Source of the DNA: Octopus sinensis
Lineage: Eukaryota
NCBI RefSeq assembly: GCF_006345805.1
Contig: NC_043010.1
Location: 50,964,001 to 51,028,000 of the forward strand
Reading direction: 5' to 3'
DNA: 64,000 bases
Of this stretch, positions 38,500 to 51,474 are shown in pieces. Every line of letters starts with the position of its first letter. Position 1 is the stretch's first letter. Both the position numbers and the translations under genes were made by a program. The notes beneath the pieces are model-generated. The model saw only the letters and a program-made list of their open reading frames with translations. It had not been told where the DNA came from and searched no databases.

Positions 38500-38912
38500 G
38501 GTAGTGTGTTTAATATGTTCACTGAACATATTAAACACACATGTATGCATGTGTTTGTCCACCACTACTGATTGACAACCAGTGTTGGTGTGTTTACATC
38601 CCTGTAACTGAGCAAGTTTGGTAAAACAGACTGGTAGTGTGTTTAATATGTTCACTGAACATATTAAACACACTTGTATGTGTGTGTTTGTGTTTGTCCA
38701 CCACTACTGATTGACAACCAGTGTTGGTGTGTTTACATCCCTGTAACTGAGCAAGTTTGGTAAAACAGACTGGTAGTGTGTTTAATATGTTCACTGAACA
38801 TATTAAACACACTTGTATGCGTGTGTTTGTGTTTGTCCACCACTACTGATTGACAACCAGTGTTGGTGTGTTTACATCCCTGTAACTGAGCAAGTTTGGT
38901 AAAACAGACTGA
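38500..38912. repeat. Tandem triplication (about 133-139 bp), each unit containing a 37-bp perfect palindrome
   Basis: gtgtgtttaatatgttca-c-tgaacatattaaacacac at 38504, 38637 and 38776, each followed by the same SINE-1 fragment. Confidence 0.9.
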
Positions 38913-39815
38913 TAGAATAAGTACCAGGCTTTAAAAATTCATCTAAAAATTCTTTAAGGCGGTGCCCCAGCATGGCCATATTCTAATGACTGAAACATGT
39001 AAAAGACAAAGATATATGCTTACATATGCATATAAGTACATGAGAGGCTTCTTTCAGTTCCCATCTGCCAAATCCACTCATTAGTTGTAAGCTAAAAGTA
39101 GTGCGTTGTTGTCACTTCTATTAACAAATCATCCACCTGCTTCATACCTTTGAAGAGGTGTAAAGAGATCCTTTACTTGAGACAACAAGGCTTAGCAAAA
39201 GTAAACACTACTTAAATAATTTATTTGTATGACACCTGCTAGCGTGGAAAAAATGGACAAAATGACGATCCAACATATGTATTCATTTTTGTATACATAC
39301 ATTTTATTATACATACATTTTTATATACATACATTTTATTACTCTACAACTCCTAACCTCATTCAAAACATTACATCATCAAATGGAGCTAAAGTAACAC
39401 CTTGTAATAATAATAGTTGACAGTAGCTTTAATGCAAATTGAAACTGAACTTATAGGAATAATTGCCCTCGAGACAAGAAGTGCTTAATCAATGATCTGG
39501 TATATAAGCATACAAGTAACACCCCATAACTCGTAAAAATTTTTTTGCAGGTTTAGAAGCCAATAAATTTAAGTTTCAATATCATACACACATTCATTCA
39601 TGTTAAAATGCAACTAGAAATATCATATAGCCCTTTTGATAATATATCCTGGCCAGAAGCATAAAAACATCCAATGAAAGCTTTTAGCAACATCCAAACG
39701 TAAAAGTAATAAAATGCCTTGAAATTTATGTCATGAGAGCAATGGAGATTCTTTTTTTTTTTTTTTTGCTTAGGATTCAATCTTGAATAGAAATTCCGAT
39801 TTCATTTTAGTGTGT

Positions 39816-40182
39816 TTAATTTGGCCATCCTTTTGGACACTTCAATGATTTCACATGCACACGCCATCCATTATGGTCCCCCATGCATGTTCTTAATTCA
39901 TCAACATTTGCCATTCCACTATTTACCATTCCTGAAGCAAGTTGCTGACAGAGGATGTTAAACGCTTTCTTCTCCTGTTGACTCTTCCTACAATTGACTA
40001 CCATAAGACCAGTTGACTCACGGGTTCTTCTGGGTGTCTGACTCAATGACTAGCAATTCTCAATCTTCTCTGCTGAATCTTTTCTATCACTTTGGGTAGA
40101 TGTTGATAAAGTTGCTCAGTGGTTAAATGAGCTTTCCAAGTAACATTCAGAGCCTTTCTTAGCACTACAGTCCAAGGATGCA
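39816..40182 (-). mobile_element. Degenerate LINE ORF2 C-terminal fragment
   Basis: Minus-strand translation LRKALNVTWKAHLTTEQLYQHLPKVIEKIQQRRLRIASH* resembles the post-RT region of RTE-like LINEs. Confidence 0.7.
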
Positions 40183-42929
40183 TAGATATTTGTATATATA
40201 TATATATATATATATATATTTAAATGCACAAAGATTTCTGAATTAAGGTATAATTACATGTGTAGATACACACACACGTACATGCATGAGTGTACGTGTG
40301 TAGATATGGGTGTGCATGTATAGATGTCATGCAGGTATGTATACTTATGTATCATCATCCATTCACTTCTGCATTCCATACTCTTTTCTACTCTAGGTAC
40401 AAAGCCCAAAATTTTGAGGGAGGGGGGAGGGCAGTCGATTAGATCGACCCCAGTATGCAACTGGTACTTGATTTATCGACCCCGAAAGGATGAAAGGCAA
40501 AGTTGACTTCGGCAGAATTTGAACTCAGAATGTAAAGACAGATGAAACACTGCTAAGCATTTCACCCGGCATGCCAACGTTTCCGCCAGCTCGTCGCCTG
40601 TGCATTCCAGACTGGCAAGGGTTGGACCATTCGACAGGAACTGGCAATCCAGAGGATTGTGCCAAGCCCCTACCATCTGCTTTGGCAAGATTTCTATGGC
40701 TGGATGCCCTTCCTAGTAACATGTACTTTACACAGTGTGCAGTTTGCGTGGCGCCAGAGGAGAGTAATACACTAAAGGAGGTGGCTTTGTGCCAAGTGAT
40801 GTATATGAGTGTATACATATAAGTATCTGTATAAAAATGAGCAGACATACGTGTATAACAAAGTATACAGAAATTTTGCACAAATATACATGTATATAAA
40901 TACCTTGAATGTTTGCATATGTTTAAAAGGTAGATTTGCAAAAGCATCACTGATAGATTTCTTTTATTTATACAATTTTCTAATTTACAATAATCTATTA
41001 TTGATTTTAATTAGGCATCTATTTTCTGGATATTATTTCATTTATTCATTCAGTTATCCATTTATTTATCTATTTAATTAACTACATAATTATGCTGGTG
41101 TCATGTAAAAAGCATTTGGCACACTCTGTTAAGTAATTGGCATTAGGAAGGTGGTCCATCCACAGCAATCATGCCAAAGCAAACTGTAGGACTTGTTGCA
41201 GACCCCTAGCATGCCAGTGCCTGTCAAACCATCCAACCCACACCAGCATGGAAAATGGGTGTTAAACAATGATGGTGGTAATGTTGGCAGTTGTTGTCAT
41301 CTTCTTCCAATCAGGACTCATGCCATTAGCCACAAAGAATAATCTCTAATTCAAGCCTGCTCTAAGCTACTAAGAATGCGTGTGGCAACTTGAAGATCCA
41401 CTCACCACAAGCGATAGACTGGCGGTTGCACAGGCGCGAAAGCTACGTTGTTATCCTCATTCTGTAAACGGTGGCTTTTAACAGGTGGAGAGCTGAACCA
41501 TCCTGGGGTACAGAGGATTCGCAATCTAGACGCAGGTCTGAAAGTTTACCACACCATAATGTGTTACACCATGGTTCCTCTGCTTTTTGGTGTTTTTGCT
41601 CAATAAACGCTCACAATGCCCAGTCCGCTGCCCTAACCACTGGGCCATTGCACCTCCATGGCAGTTGTAGTAGTGCTGCCTATGCAACATAAAATGCACC
41701 AAAAATACTTTGCAAAGTGGGTGGCATCAGGAAGAGTGTTCACTCATAGAAACCATGCTAAAGCAGACAGTACAGCTTGGTGCAGTCCTCTGCTCTGCCA
41801 GTTCCTGTCACTCCATCTACCTCATGCCACTGTGGAAAACATATGTTAAATGGTGATATTAATTGTACTAATATGTAAAAATGGTGAACTAGCAGAAGCG
41901 TTAGCATACTGGGAAAAATACTTAGTGGCATTTCATCTGTCTTTACATTCTGAGTTCAAATTCCATCAAGGTCGATTTAATAAGTTCCAGTCAAGCATAG
42001 GAGTTGATGTAATCAGCTTACCCTTTCCCCTGAAATTGCTGGCCTTGTGCCCAAAATTTGAAATCATTAATTATAGAAATACATGTGTATGTATACGCTC
42101 TAGGTATCATTGTGTTCACTTACTATGAAATACAGTTCGATTATTCTATCTGTAATCACCTGACGATATTTCATAAGAGAAATTATACTAATTGTTATGA
42201 ATTAATTAGATTATCAAATTTGTTGAAAACATTTGAATCTCAAAGAAATATTCTAAATAACTTAACTGCATTTACAGAATCAAAATATCTCATTTCAGAA
42301 GACTTATTTAATTAGCAAAAGCAGAGTTTCTTTGATAAGACATTAAATCTGTAAAATACAGCTAGTTGCTATCCAGTTGCTTTTAGTAAGTTTTGAATCA
42401 TGAAGCTCACTTTGCAACCATATCATTTCAGGTTCAGTCCCACTGCACAGCACCTTTTGGGCGATTATCTTCTACTACAGCCCTAGGCCAACCTATGCCT
42501 TGCAAGTGAATTTAGCATACAGAAACCCTGTCAAAGCCCATTGTGTGTGTGTGCATGCATGTGTGTAAGGGATTAATAGAAAAAGAAAAACTGGGGTCTG
42601 TAAGTAACAGATAAAAATAGAAGGTATATATACATACACACACATGTCCCTATATATATATATATATATATATATCTACTACACTCTCGGAGTGGTTGAC
42701 ATTAGGAAGGGCATCCAGCTGTAGAAACTTTGCCAGATAAGACCGGGGCCTGGTGCAGCCTTCTGGCTTCCCAGATCCCCGGTCAAACCGTCCAACCCAT
42801 GCTAGCATGGAGAACGGACGTTAAACGATGATGATATCATCATCATCATTTAACATCAACCTTCCATGCTGGCATGAGTTGGATGGTTTGCCAGCTCCTG
42901 TCATATATATATATATATATATGTATGTA

Positions 42930-43946
42930 TTAGGTCATTAAGAATGAAACATCCGATTTTGAATTGAAAGTTTTTTTTACTCTATCTCAACAAAAAACAA
43001 TGCAGGTTATCAAAGTATACACCTAAATTATCAACACAATTTTGCCAATTTATTGGTAGCTTATTTATGCTGGCAGCAAAGAATTCTGGAGGGCAAGAGG
43101 TGATGAAATCACAAAAAGCTGTTTTTGCTCTTCTTCAGATTTGAAGTGCTTTCCTAGCAAAACCTTGTCTAATGCCTAGAAAACATTATAGCCAGTTGGT
43201 GCAAAATCTGGTAAATATGGTGGATGACAGAGTACTTCCAAGTTCAGTTCCTGTAACTTGAGTAGCATTCTTTGTCCAACATGAGGTCAAGCATTGTCTT
43301 ACAAGAGAATTGGCCTGTCCCTATTGACCAATCTTGGTTGTTTAATTGCAAGTTCACTCGTCATTTCATCCAGTTGGTTGATATATACATCCACTGCAAT
43401 TGACTTATAAGGTCTCATGAAGCTGTAGTGGATGACACCAGCACTGGACCACCAAGCAGACACCATCAGCTTTTTTTGGTGAATATTCTTTTTTTGGATT
43501 GTGTTTTGGCACTTTGTCTATATCCAACCACCATGCAGAACACTTGCTATTGTTGAAAAGAATCCATTTTTCATCACATGTAACAATATGATGCAATAAT
43601 GGTTCACTTTTATGCCATGACAGCAAAGAACTGCAAGTTTCAAGACAACATGTCATTTGATACTCATTCAGTTCGTATGGTACCCACTTGTTCAGCTTCT
43701 TTACCTTGCCAATTTGTTTCAAATGGGCCAATACAGTTGGAATTGAAACATCAAACCTTGCTGCTAACTCACACGTAGTTTGAGATGTGTCTGTTTCCAC
43801 TACATTTTTCAGCTTATTATCCACCTTGGCCTCAGGTCTAGCACAGGGCTGATTTTCAAGGGTAAAGTCACCAGACCGGAACTTCAGGATAAAACTGTCA
43901 AACTTGGTGCATAAGAAAATCAGACATTTCATTCTTAACGACCTGA
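42930..43946 (-). mobile_element. mariner transposon with disrupted transposase
   Basis: TIRs ttaggtcattaagaatgaaacatccgatttt / aaaatcagacatttcattcttaacgacctga in TA context; ORF 43932-43405 has WVPYEL and IVTCDEKWIL motifs; downstream HPPYLPDFAP remnant with frameshifts and stops. Confidence 0.92.
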
Positions 43947-43956
43947 TATATATATT

Positions 43957-44002
<46 letters not shown>

Positions 44003-45743
44003 AGTGGTACAAAAATGCACCAATGTTTACTGGAAATAGTAGTTCGATAAATTTATTGCTAGGTGTTCAGGCGAGTATACTGGCACTGATGTGGCAAGAT
44101 TTGAAATTTTGTCTTGGTAAATATAGATGAGGAGGACTAATCAAATTTACAATAATAAAGATATTTTGAAGAGTCTGAAACCTAGGTCCTATATTGTCCA
44201 ATTCTGGGTTGTCCATTTATTTAATGTTCGTCCTAGAGGTAAGATGAAACTTTTTATGTTCACTGCCTATACACATCTCTGCCAAAATATATACAGTGAA
44301 TCTGTACCATAGCGTTGTAAATTTATCGACTGCTATTTCCAGTAAATGTTGGTGCATCATTACCTTTACAGTGCTTTATATGACTGGAAAGTAACACTAT
44401 TGTATTGCAATATTTAGTTATGTTTTCATCACTGATATCCAATCTACAGTGGAGAAGGCTAGCCACTGGATTTGGTTAAAAAGAGACGATGAGCGATGGC
44501 TAGAAGAATATTGAGTTCAACTTCATAACCAGCTGATCTAGCAAGCAGGGCCTCATATCAGTGAGGGGGGGCGGGGCGCATTGATGCTGTCGAGAGGTAG
44601 GCCCCGAAACGGCGCGCATTCTCTCCTGATGACCCCATACACTTGCTGGCTTCTGGTATACGGAGCTTTTGACTGGTAGTACTTGCATGTGCAAGTTGTT
44701 TGCAAGACATATATAATTATATAGCAATAAGAAAATGGAGGGGATCAAGAGGTGGTATTTATCAACTTTTAGACATAATATTATGTCTATTTATTTAAAA
44801 AAAAAACAATCATAACAATATACATACATGTGTAACATATGCTTTACATATATAAAAAAAATGCCAGTAATTATTAAAATATATAACATAGAACATAGAA
44901 AGTAGAATAGTTTCTTACAGCTGTTTTAGCTAAGGGGTCATAGTACCCCACTTCTATCCCTTCAGTGAACTGAAGTATTTGGTAGATAAGATTGAGGTAC
45001 TTGGGTGTGCCTCTAGGTTTCGTCAGAGTTTAGAAAGTTCATAAGGTTAAGTTATAAATATAAATACATACATATACATAAATACATATCTATACATTTA
45101 TATATATATGTATACAAAGTAATCAGTTATTTATTATTAGGTGTATTATATTATTCTTATTAGATAAATTTCGAAGGGAATGAAAAATAAAAACATATAC
45201 GAAATTTTATCCCTAATAGTGGTTTGGAATTTAACTGTCCTTTCTAGCATGCAAGGAATCCTATGATGGATGCCTCTTGTGTGTTTAAATGTACACTGTA
45301 TTTATATGAATAATATATAGTCTATTGACTAAATTTTTACACACTAGGCCACTGGTAATGGAAATTTCAAATATTTCAGATTACCCTTTGATATTATTAT
45401 TATTATTATATATATATTATATTTATAAAATATGCTTAATTAAAGCATCATAAAAGCATGAAACTATTAGTAGCTCTTTTGGTTGTGTATTACATTGATA
45501 TTTATCTCTCACTAGAAATATATATATATATATTATAGATATAGGGTAAAGAATTATTAATTTAATAATTAATAATTTTACCGAGTAGATCAGTATGTAA
45601 AAAAACCATTATTGGTAAAAACTTATACAAAAAAGTTTTTTATAATTATAAACATAATTAAGGGATCGGCAGAAAGTTGCTTCACCACATACCAAAATTT
45701 AGAAATAGCAGTTAAACTACTAATTCTTATATATATATGTATG

Positions 45744-45779
<36 letters not shown>

Positions 45780-46069
45780 TATTTTGCTTAGGCATTTTGA
45801 GACCAATAACCCGGTGTAGAACTCAATAAAAGTATGTTTCAGAACAGTGTTACCTGAGTATAGAGTATTGTTGATGCCATTCTCAAAAAGGCACGAATGT
45901 AATTCCTACCTAAATAAATTGCACTTCGTATTTGAAGTTTTAATGAAGCTATAAAGTGTTATTCAGGCACTCAGCTACAAGTCCATTGCACCTTATAGTA
46001 GAAACACCTGTAAGCTAATGAAGTTCATTATTACTTATTCCCTTGTCATCTCTCTATCTTACATATATA

Positions 46070-46480
46070 TAACCTTGGATCGTAGAGTGACCTGCTGTGC
46101 TTGAGAAGACCTATTGAGTCAAGTACGTCAACATCAACATCAAAATAAAAAATAAAATGGAAATTGTAGTTCTGATACCCATGCCGGTGGCACGTAAAAT
46201 GTACCATCCGAATGTGGCTGATGCTAGCACCGCCTGACTGGCATCCATGTCAGTGACACGTAAAAAGCACCAACCGATCGTGGCCTTTTGCCAGCCTCTC
46301 CTGGCACGTAAAAAGCACCCACTACACTCACGGAGTGGTTGGCGTTAGGAAGGGCATCCAGCTGTAGAAACACTGCCAGATCAGACTGGAGCCTTGCGCA
46401 GCCTCCTGGCTTCCCAGACCCCAGTCGAACTGTCCAACCCATGCTAGCATGGAAAACAGACATTAAACGATGAAGATGAT
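46070..46480 (+). mobile_element. RTE-type LINE 3' UTR fragment
   Basis: Closely similar to the reverse complement of 52620-53030. Confidence 0.75.
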
Positions 46481-46484
46481 ATAT

Positions 46485-46515
<31 letters not shown>

Positions 46516-46969
46516 ACTGGTATACATAGGATAGGTCCCTACATTCTGTATCAGTTCATAATCACAATTACTGCCCTTCTAGGCTGGTTGTAGAAGCCGG
46601 TCTTATTCATACATTTCATTATTGTTTTGCTCAGCAAGGCCGGATGCCTTTCCTACAACCAGAGTGTACTGAGTACATTTCAGTGTGACATTGGCATGAG
46701 AGGATTGTCAGGTCCTGAAAAGAGTCCTCTCCATCTTGTGTTCTTTCTGCTCAATCACTAACAATTCTATTGATAATATTCAGTGAATTTTATTGTGGCA
46801 CCAACACTACAGAGATTTCCTTCTTTGAAGAACTAAGAAAAATCCCTCAGTATTTCAGTGACTCAACGTGGCGAGGTAAGAGGGTGACTAACAGATAGAG
46901 TGATGAAGGAAGAATACTAGGATGAGATGTATTTTTCTATATACACACAAATGCGTTTGTGAGTGTATA

Positions 46970-47110
46970 CAGACAGATAGATAGATATACAGATGGATAT
47001 ATAGATAGATGGATATATAGATAGATAGATGGATATATATATAGATAGATGGATATATATATATAGATAGATGGATATATAGATAGATAGATATATAGAT
47101 AGATAGATAT

Positions 47111-47180
<70 letters not shown>

Positions 47181-47640
47181 GGATGGATATATAGATAGAT
47201 AGATATATAGATAGATAGATATATAGATAGATGGATATATAGATAGATAGATGGATATATAGATAGATGGATATATAGATAGATAGATAGATGGATAGAT
47301 AGATAGATGGATAGATAGATTGATGGATATATAGATAGATAGATAGATTGACGGATATATAGATAGATGGATATATAGATAGATGGATATATAGATAGAT
47401 GGATATATAGATAGATGGATATATAGATAGATGGATGGATGGATATATAGATAGATATTTAGATAGATAGATGGATATATAGATAGATATTTAGATAGAT
47501 GGATATATAAATAGATATTTAGATAGATAGATGGATATATAGATAGATATACACAAATAAATATCGATAGATAGATAGATAGATATACACAGATATATAC
47601 GTAGATACAGATAGATATAGGGAGATAGACAAATACATAC
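46970..47640. repeat. (GATA)n/(GATGGATATATA) compound microsatellite
   Basis: Directly visible; explains the 262-aa pseudo-ORF. Confidence 0.95.
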
Positions 47641-48868
47641 ATACATGACAGACAGAGACAGATATTATCGGGAGTGGCGGCAGGTACACGGGACTGGAGA
47701 AGCATCTAATCCATAACGAATAAACATTAAAAGCTTCCTATCCAAATGACAGTCAAACCACCCCAGGCAGAATGAAAGTAAAGTAAATAAATAAACAACG
47801 TTAAAATAAGAACGTGATTCTTTTTACTTTAAACAAAGACAAAAATAAGTCCAATAACATCCATAGATAACAAAATACCCTGAAATGTGAAAAATGACGA
47901 CGGATAGAAGGAGAGAGAGGGATAGAGAGAGAGAGATAAGCCGGCAAAATTTGGGTAAGCAATCGAAGATTGTCAGTAATCCATTGTCATCGTCAGTAAG
48001 TTCTTCGTACTTTTGTTTTGATATAATTGTAACCATTTCCCTCCCTCGATTCCCTTCAATCACTAATTTACAGCGAGAAATGCATAAAAGCCACGCAATC
48101 ACGTTTATTTTCTTTTTCATATTTGAGGTTTCCTTTTTTTTGAAAGCGTGAAACCGAATGCAAAAATAAAGAATAATGATATTAGCAAGAGGTGAGGCTG
48201 TGTGGTTAGAAGTTTGCTTTTCAACCACATGGTTCCATGTTCGGTCTCACTGCCTAGTTAGTACCTTTGGCAAGTGTCTTTTACTATGGCCCCGGGCCGC
48301 CCAAAGTCTTATGACTGGATTTAGTAAACAGAAACTGAAAGAAGCCTATCGTATAATGAATGAATGAATGAATGTCTGTTCGTCTTCCACCAATGCTTGA
48401 CAGCCAGTGTTGGTTTGTTTATGTCCGCGTAACTTGGTAGTTTGGCAAAAAAACCTGATAGAATAAGCATCAGACTTTTTTGTTTTGTTTTGTTTTTAAA
48501 AACGTACTGGGGTCGATTTGTTCGACTACAACCCTTATAACGTGGTGTTCTAGCATGGCCGCAGTCCAATAGCAAACAAGATAAAAAGGCGGGGGATAGA
48601 ATAATACAAGGATTCAGTGAAGTGAACAAAAAATTAATTAAAAGACCGAACGCGATCGTTGTATGAAACAAGTGCTTCGTACATAGTATTTTAATTTCAT
48701 TTTTTCTCATTTCAGAATTAATATCCATTGCGGTTGATTTTATTTCATCTATCACCCTTTTTCATGTTCAATAATAATATATGCTGATACCAGTAATATA
48801 CATTGAACGGTTCAATACATGAAAATTGGACTGTGTTGTGTTGCAGACGAAAGGGTGGGAAAATAACT

Positions 48869-49240
48869 ATAGCGAACCTTGTCCGCAATTTAGTTTCTGT
48901 CCCCGATTCTAGAGATTTCTTCCACGTTTTATCAACAATTTAAGGGTAAAAAAAAGGGCATGAATGTCACGTAATTACATTAGCAGTGTCCCGATATTTG
49001 GTTCTATGTCTTTGTCAGAATCAAAATTGAATTTTTTAAAAATATCGTCAACAACAACAAATAGCGAACCTTGTCCGCAGTTTGGTTTCTATCCCCAATT
49101 CTACAGAATTCTGTTGTTTTATTAAACGCATTGGAGAAGGGAATGCATGAATGTCACCCAATCCCATTAGCACTGTCCCGATATTTGGTCCCATGCCTTT
49201 ATAGCAATTAAAATTAAATTTTAAAAAAATAATAACAACA
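48869..49240. repeat. Diverged tandem duplication (about 192 bp x2) at the start of ABHD2 intron 1
   Basis: atagcgaaccttgtccgca at 48869 and 49061; gcatgaatgtcac and tgtcccgatatttgg also occur in both units. Confidence 0.85.
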
Positions 49241-49276
49241 AAGCAAATTGTAAATCATAACGTTTTAAATACTTAC

Positions 49277-49434
49277 GGTTGTCGAAGAAGGGAACATGAT
49301 TCTAAGATATTTTGGACGAATGGTGAATTGTGGTCATAGTAAAGCTGTGGTGAAAAAGAAGGGCTGCAAAAATTGAGCAAACGGATGATTCCGTAAAGGA
49401 GACAAAGAAGGAAAACACCTAGCAGGATCGACAT
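49277..49434 (-). CDS. ABHD2: First coding exon of an ABHD2-like alpha/beta-hydrolase (monoacylglycerol lipase ABHD2 family)
   Basis: ATG at 49434, 52 codons + 2 nt (MSILLGVFLLCLLYGIIRLLNFCSPSFSPQLYYDHNSPFVQNILESCSLLRQP), then canonical donor CC|GTAAGT at 49276-49271. A hydrophobic anchor followed by LYGIIRLLN..SP...P.LYY......IL.SC.LL matches my recollection of vertebrate ABHD2 (LYVIVRCLNLKSPTAPPDLYFQDSGLSRFLLKSCPLLTKE). Confidence 0.85.
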
Positions 49435-49487
49435 AGCATTTCTTGCTGTTGTTGCTGCTGCTTACTATTACACGGCAGCGGTGGAGA

Positions 49488-49496
49488 CCACGTGAC
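49488..49496 (-). promoter_or_regulatory. E-box (GTCACGTGG; USF/TFE/CLEAR-like) just upstream of the ABHD2 start codon
   Basis: CCACGTGAC on the plus strand, about 55 nt 5' of the ATG, in a CpG-retaining region. Confidence 0.35.
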
Positions 49497-49559
49497 TGGA
49501 GTGTGGGAACTGTGGAATGGTCGAGTTCATTTGAGGTGGCCGAGCTTGTTGATATAAGC

Positions 49560-50680
49560 GGAGTTGGAGGAAGGGCAGTTGGAGAGTAGCGGTGAGAGCG
49601 AGAGGGAGAGGAGTTTAATGGCTGTGAGAGGGGAATAGAAAGAAGACGGGTGAAAGAGAGAGAGAGAGTGGGAGTAGAAGTGAGACAAGTGCGTGTAGTT
49701 GTGGTGAATTAAAAAGAAAGATTGTAACTGTTGTGAAAAGAGAGGGAGTAGTTCTTGCGGAGAAAGAGAGCGAGAGAAACTACTGTGAGATGAGAGTGAG
49801 TGAGTAATGATGTTGCGAGAGAAAAGTGGGAGAGATAAAGAAAGAGAAAGAAATAGAGTGACAGCTGGGAAAAGAGAAAGTATGTAGTTGTGTAGAAAAC
49901 GAAGACACAGAGAGAGAGAGAGTAATAGCTGTAAGAAGGAGAGTAATGGCTGTGGTGGGAGAACAGAGAGAGTGTAGTTGTAAAAAAAAAGAGCGTGTAG
50001 TTGATGCGTAGAGAGGGAAAGAGAGAAAGATAGTAATAGCTGTAAAAAGAGAGTGCTTTGTTATTGTGTAGGGAGAAAGAAAGAGGGTAATAGCTGTAAG
50101 AAGGGGAGTAGTGGCTGTGGTAGGAGTAAAGAGAAAGAGTAATAGCTGTAAGAAGAGAGCATGTAATGGCTATGAGCTGCTATGAGAAGAGAGTAAGATA
50201 GTAGCTACCGTTATTAGATGGGAAAGAAAAAGAATAAAGAAGAGAATAAGAGAGATAGCGTGAGAGAAAGATATAGAAACAGCTGGAGTAATAGGCGCGG
50301 GAAGGAAAGGAAGATACAGTAGCTATTATGAGGAAAGAGTAGACATTGTTTAAAGAAGTGAGACGGAAAAAGAGACATGCGACTGCGAGGGAGAAGACAT
50401 AATTAGCGACGGTGGGGGAGAAAAAGGAAGATGTTAGCAACTATAGAATGAGTAAGATTGTAAAGGCAGAGGGAAGAGAGAAGAAAAAAGGGTAAGAAAA
50501 TAGTAAGAGAGAAAGGAAAAGTAAAGAAAGAAAAAAGAACTTGGAATAAAAACGGAATGAGGAAGTCAGTTGTACGTATAGAAGTGAATGGGAGAACTTA
50601 ACTGAAGTATCAGACAAGAGAGAATGAGAAACAAGCAGAGAGAGAGAGAGAGGAGGAGGAGGGAGAAAGAGAGAGAGAAG
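49560..50680. repeat. Long purine-rich degenerate tract upstream of the ABHD2 ATG
   Basis: GA-rich on the plus strand, with recurring agtaatagctgt/gtagttgt motifs. Confidence 0.8.
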
Positions 50681-51442
50681 GTAAATAAGTTTCTTTATTG
50701 GCCACACAGGGCTGCACACAGATGGGACAAGTTACAAGGTAGAGCTTTTCTTTTGGGGGATGAAAAAAACAAAAAAACAAAAGAAAAAGAAAAAAAAAGG
50801 GGTGGCGTAGGTTTTCGATCAAGAGGGATCGTAAAAGGGAAGAAAAGAACAAAAAACAAAAAATAAATAAATAAAAAAGAATAAAAAAAAGAAAAGGAAA
50901 AGGAACAAATGGCGGTGCCCCAGCATGGCCACAGCTCATTAGCTGAAACTGGAAAAATCAAAATCAAAATGAAAAAAGAAGAAAAAAGGGGAAGAGGAAA
51001 AAAAAAAAAAGGTAAATACTTCAAGATCAAGTTAGAAGTAGGTAAAATAGAATCAGGAAGAAATAAAGAGAAAAATAAACTTTTAATAGTTTTTAATTGG
51101 GAAACGCAATCAGATAAAGTTAATGCACATTACCTCAGAGAATGAGAAGAAAGAGAAAAAAAAAACAGACTGAAGGAACGAAAAAACTGAAATAAACGTA
51201 GGAATTAGAGATATCACTTCTTTAATCCAGGGAAGAAGTGGTATCCGAAGACAAAGTGGTGGTGGTTGGGGGAATGGAGAAAGAACAGGAGAGAAATGAA
51301 AAAGTAATGTGGAAACAGAGGACAGACAGGAAATTTTTTAAAATATGGGACTATAAAGCAGAATGGAGAAAACTGAAAAGATAAATGATAGAAACAGGAG
51401 GGGAGAAGAGATAGATAGATAGACAAACAAACAGACCAACGA

Positions 51443-51474
<32 letters not shown>

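Noticed and set aside
38500-38912. CRISPR-like array of 37-bp palindromes
   Set aside because: Spacers are near-identical SINE fragments, there are no cas genes and the context is eukaryotic; reported as a tandem repeat.
41406-41537. Minus-strand AG/GT-bounded open frame phase-compatible with ABHD2 exon 1
   Set aside because: Peptide (PASRLRILCTPGWFSSPP...) has no resemblance to ABHD2 exon 2 and lies among repeat fragments.
45854-45909. Minus-strand mini-exon RNYIRAFLRMASTILYTQ, faintly like ABHD2 KQYIRTF
   Set aside because: Short, similarity is limited to YIR.F, and the intervening ABHD2 exon is missing; likely chance.
46917-47705. 262-aa ORF
   Set aside because: Translation of a (GATA)n-type microsatellite (IYLS repeats).
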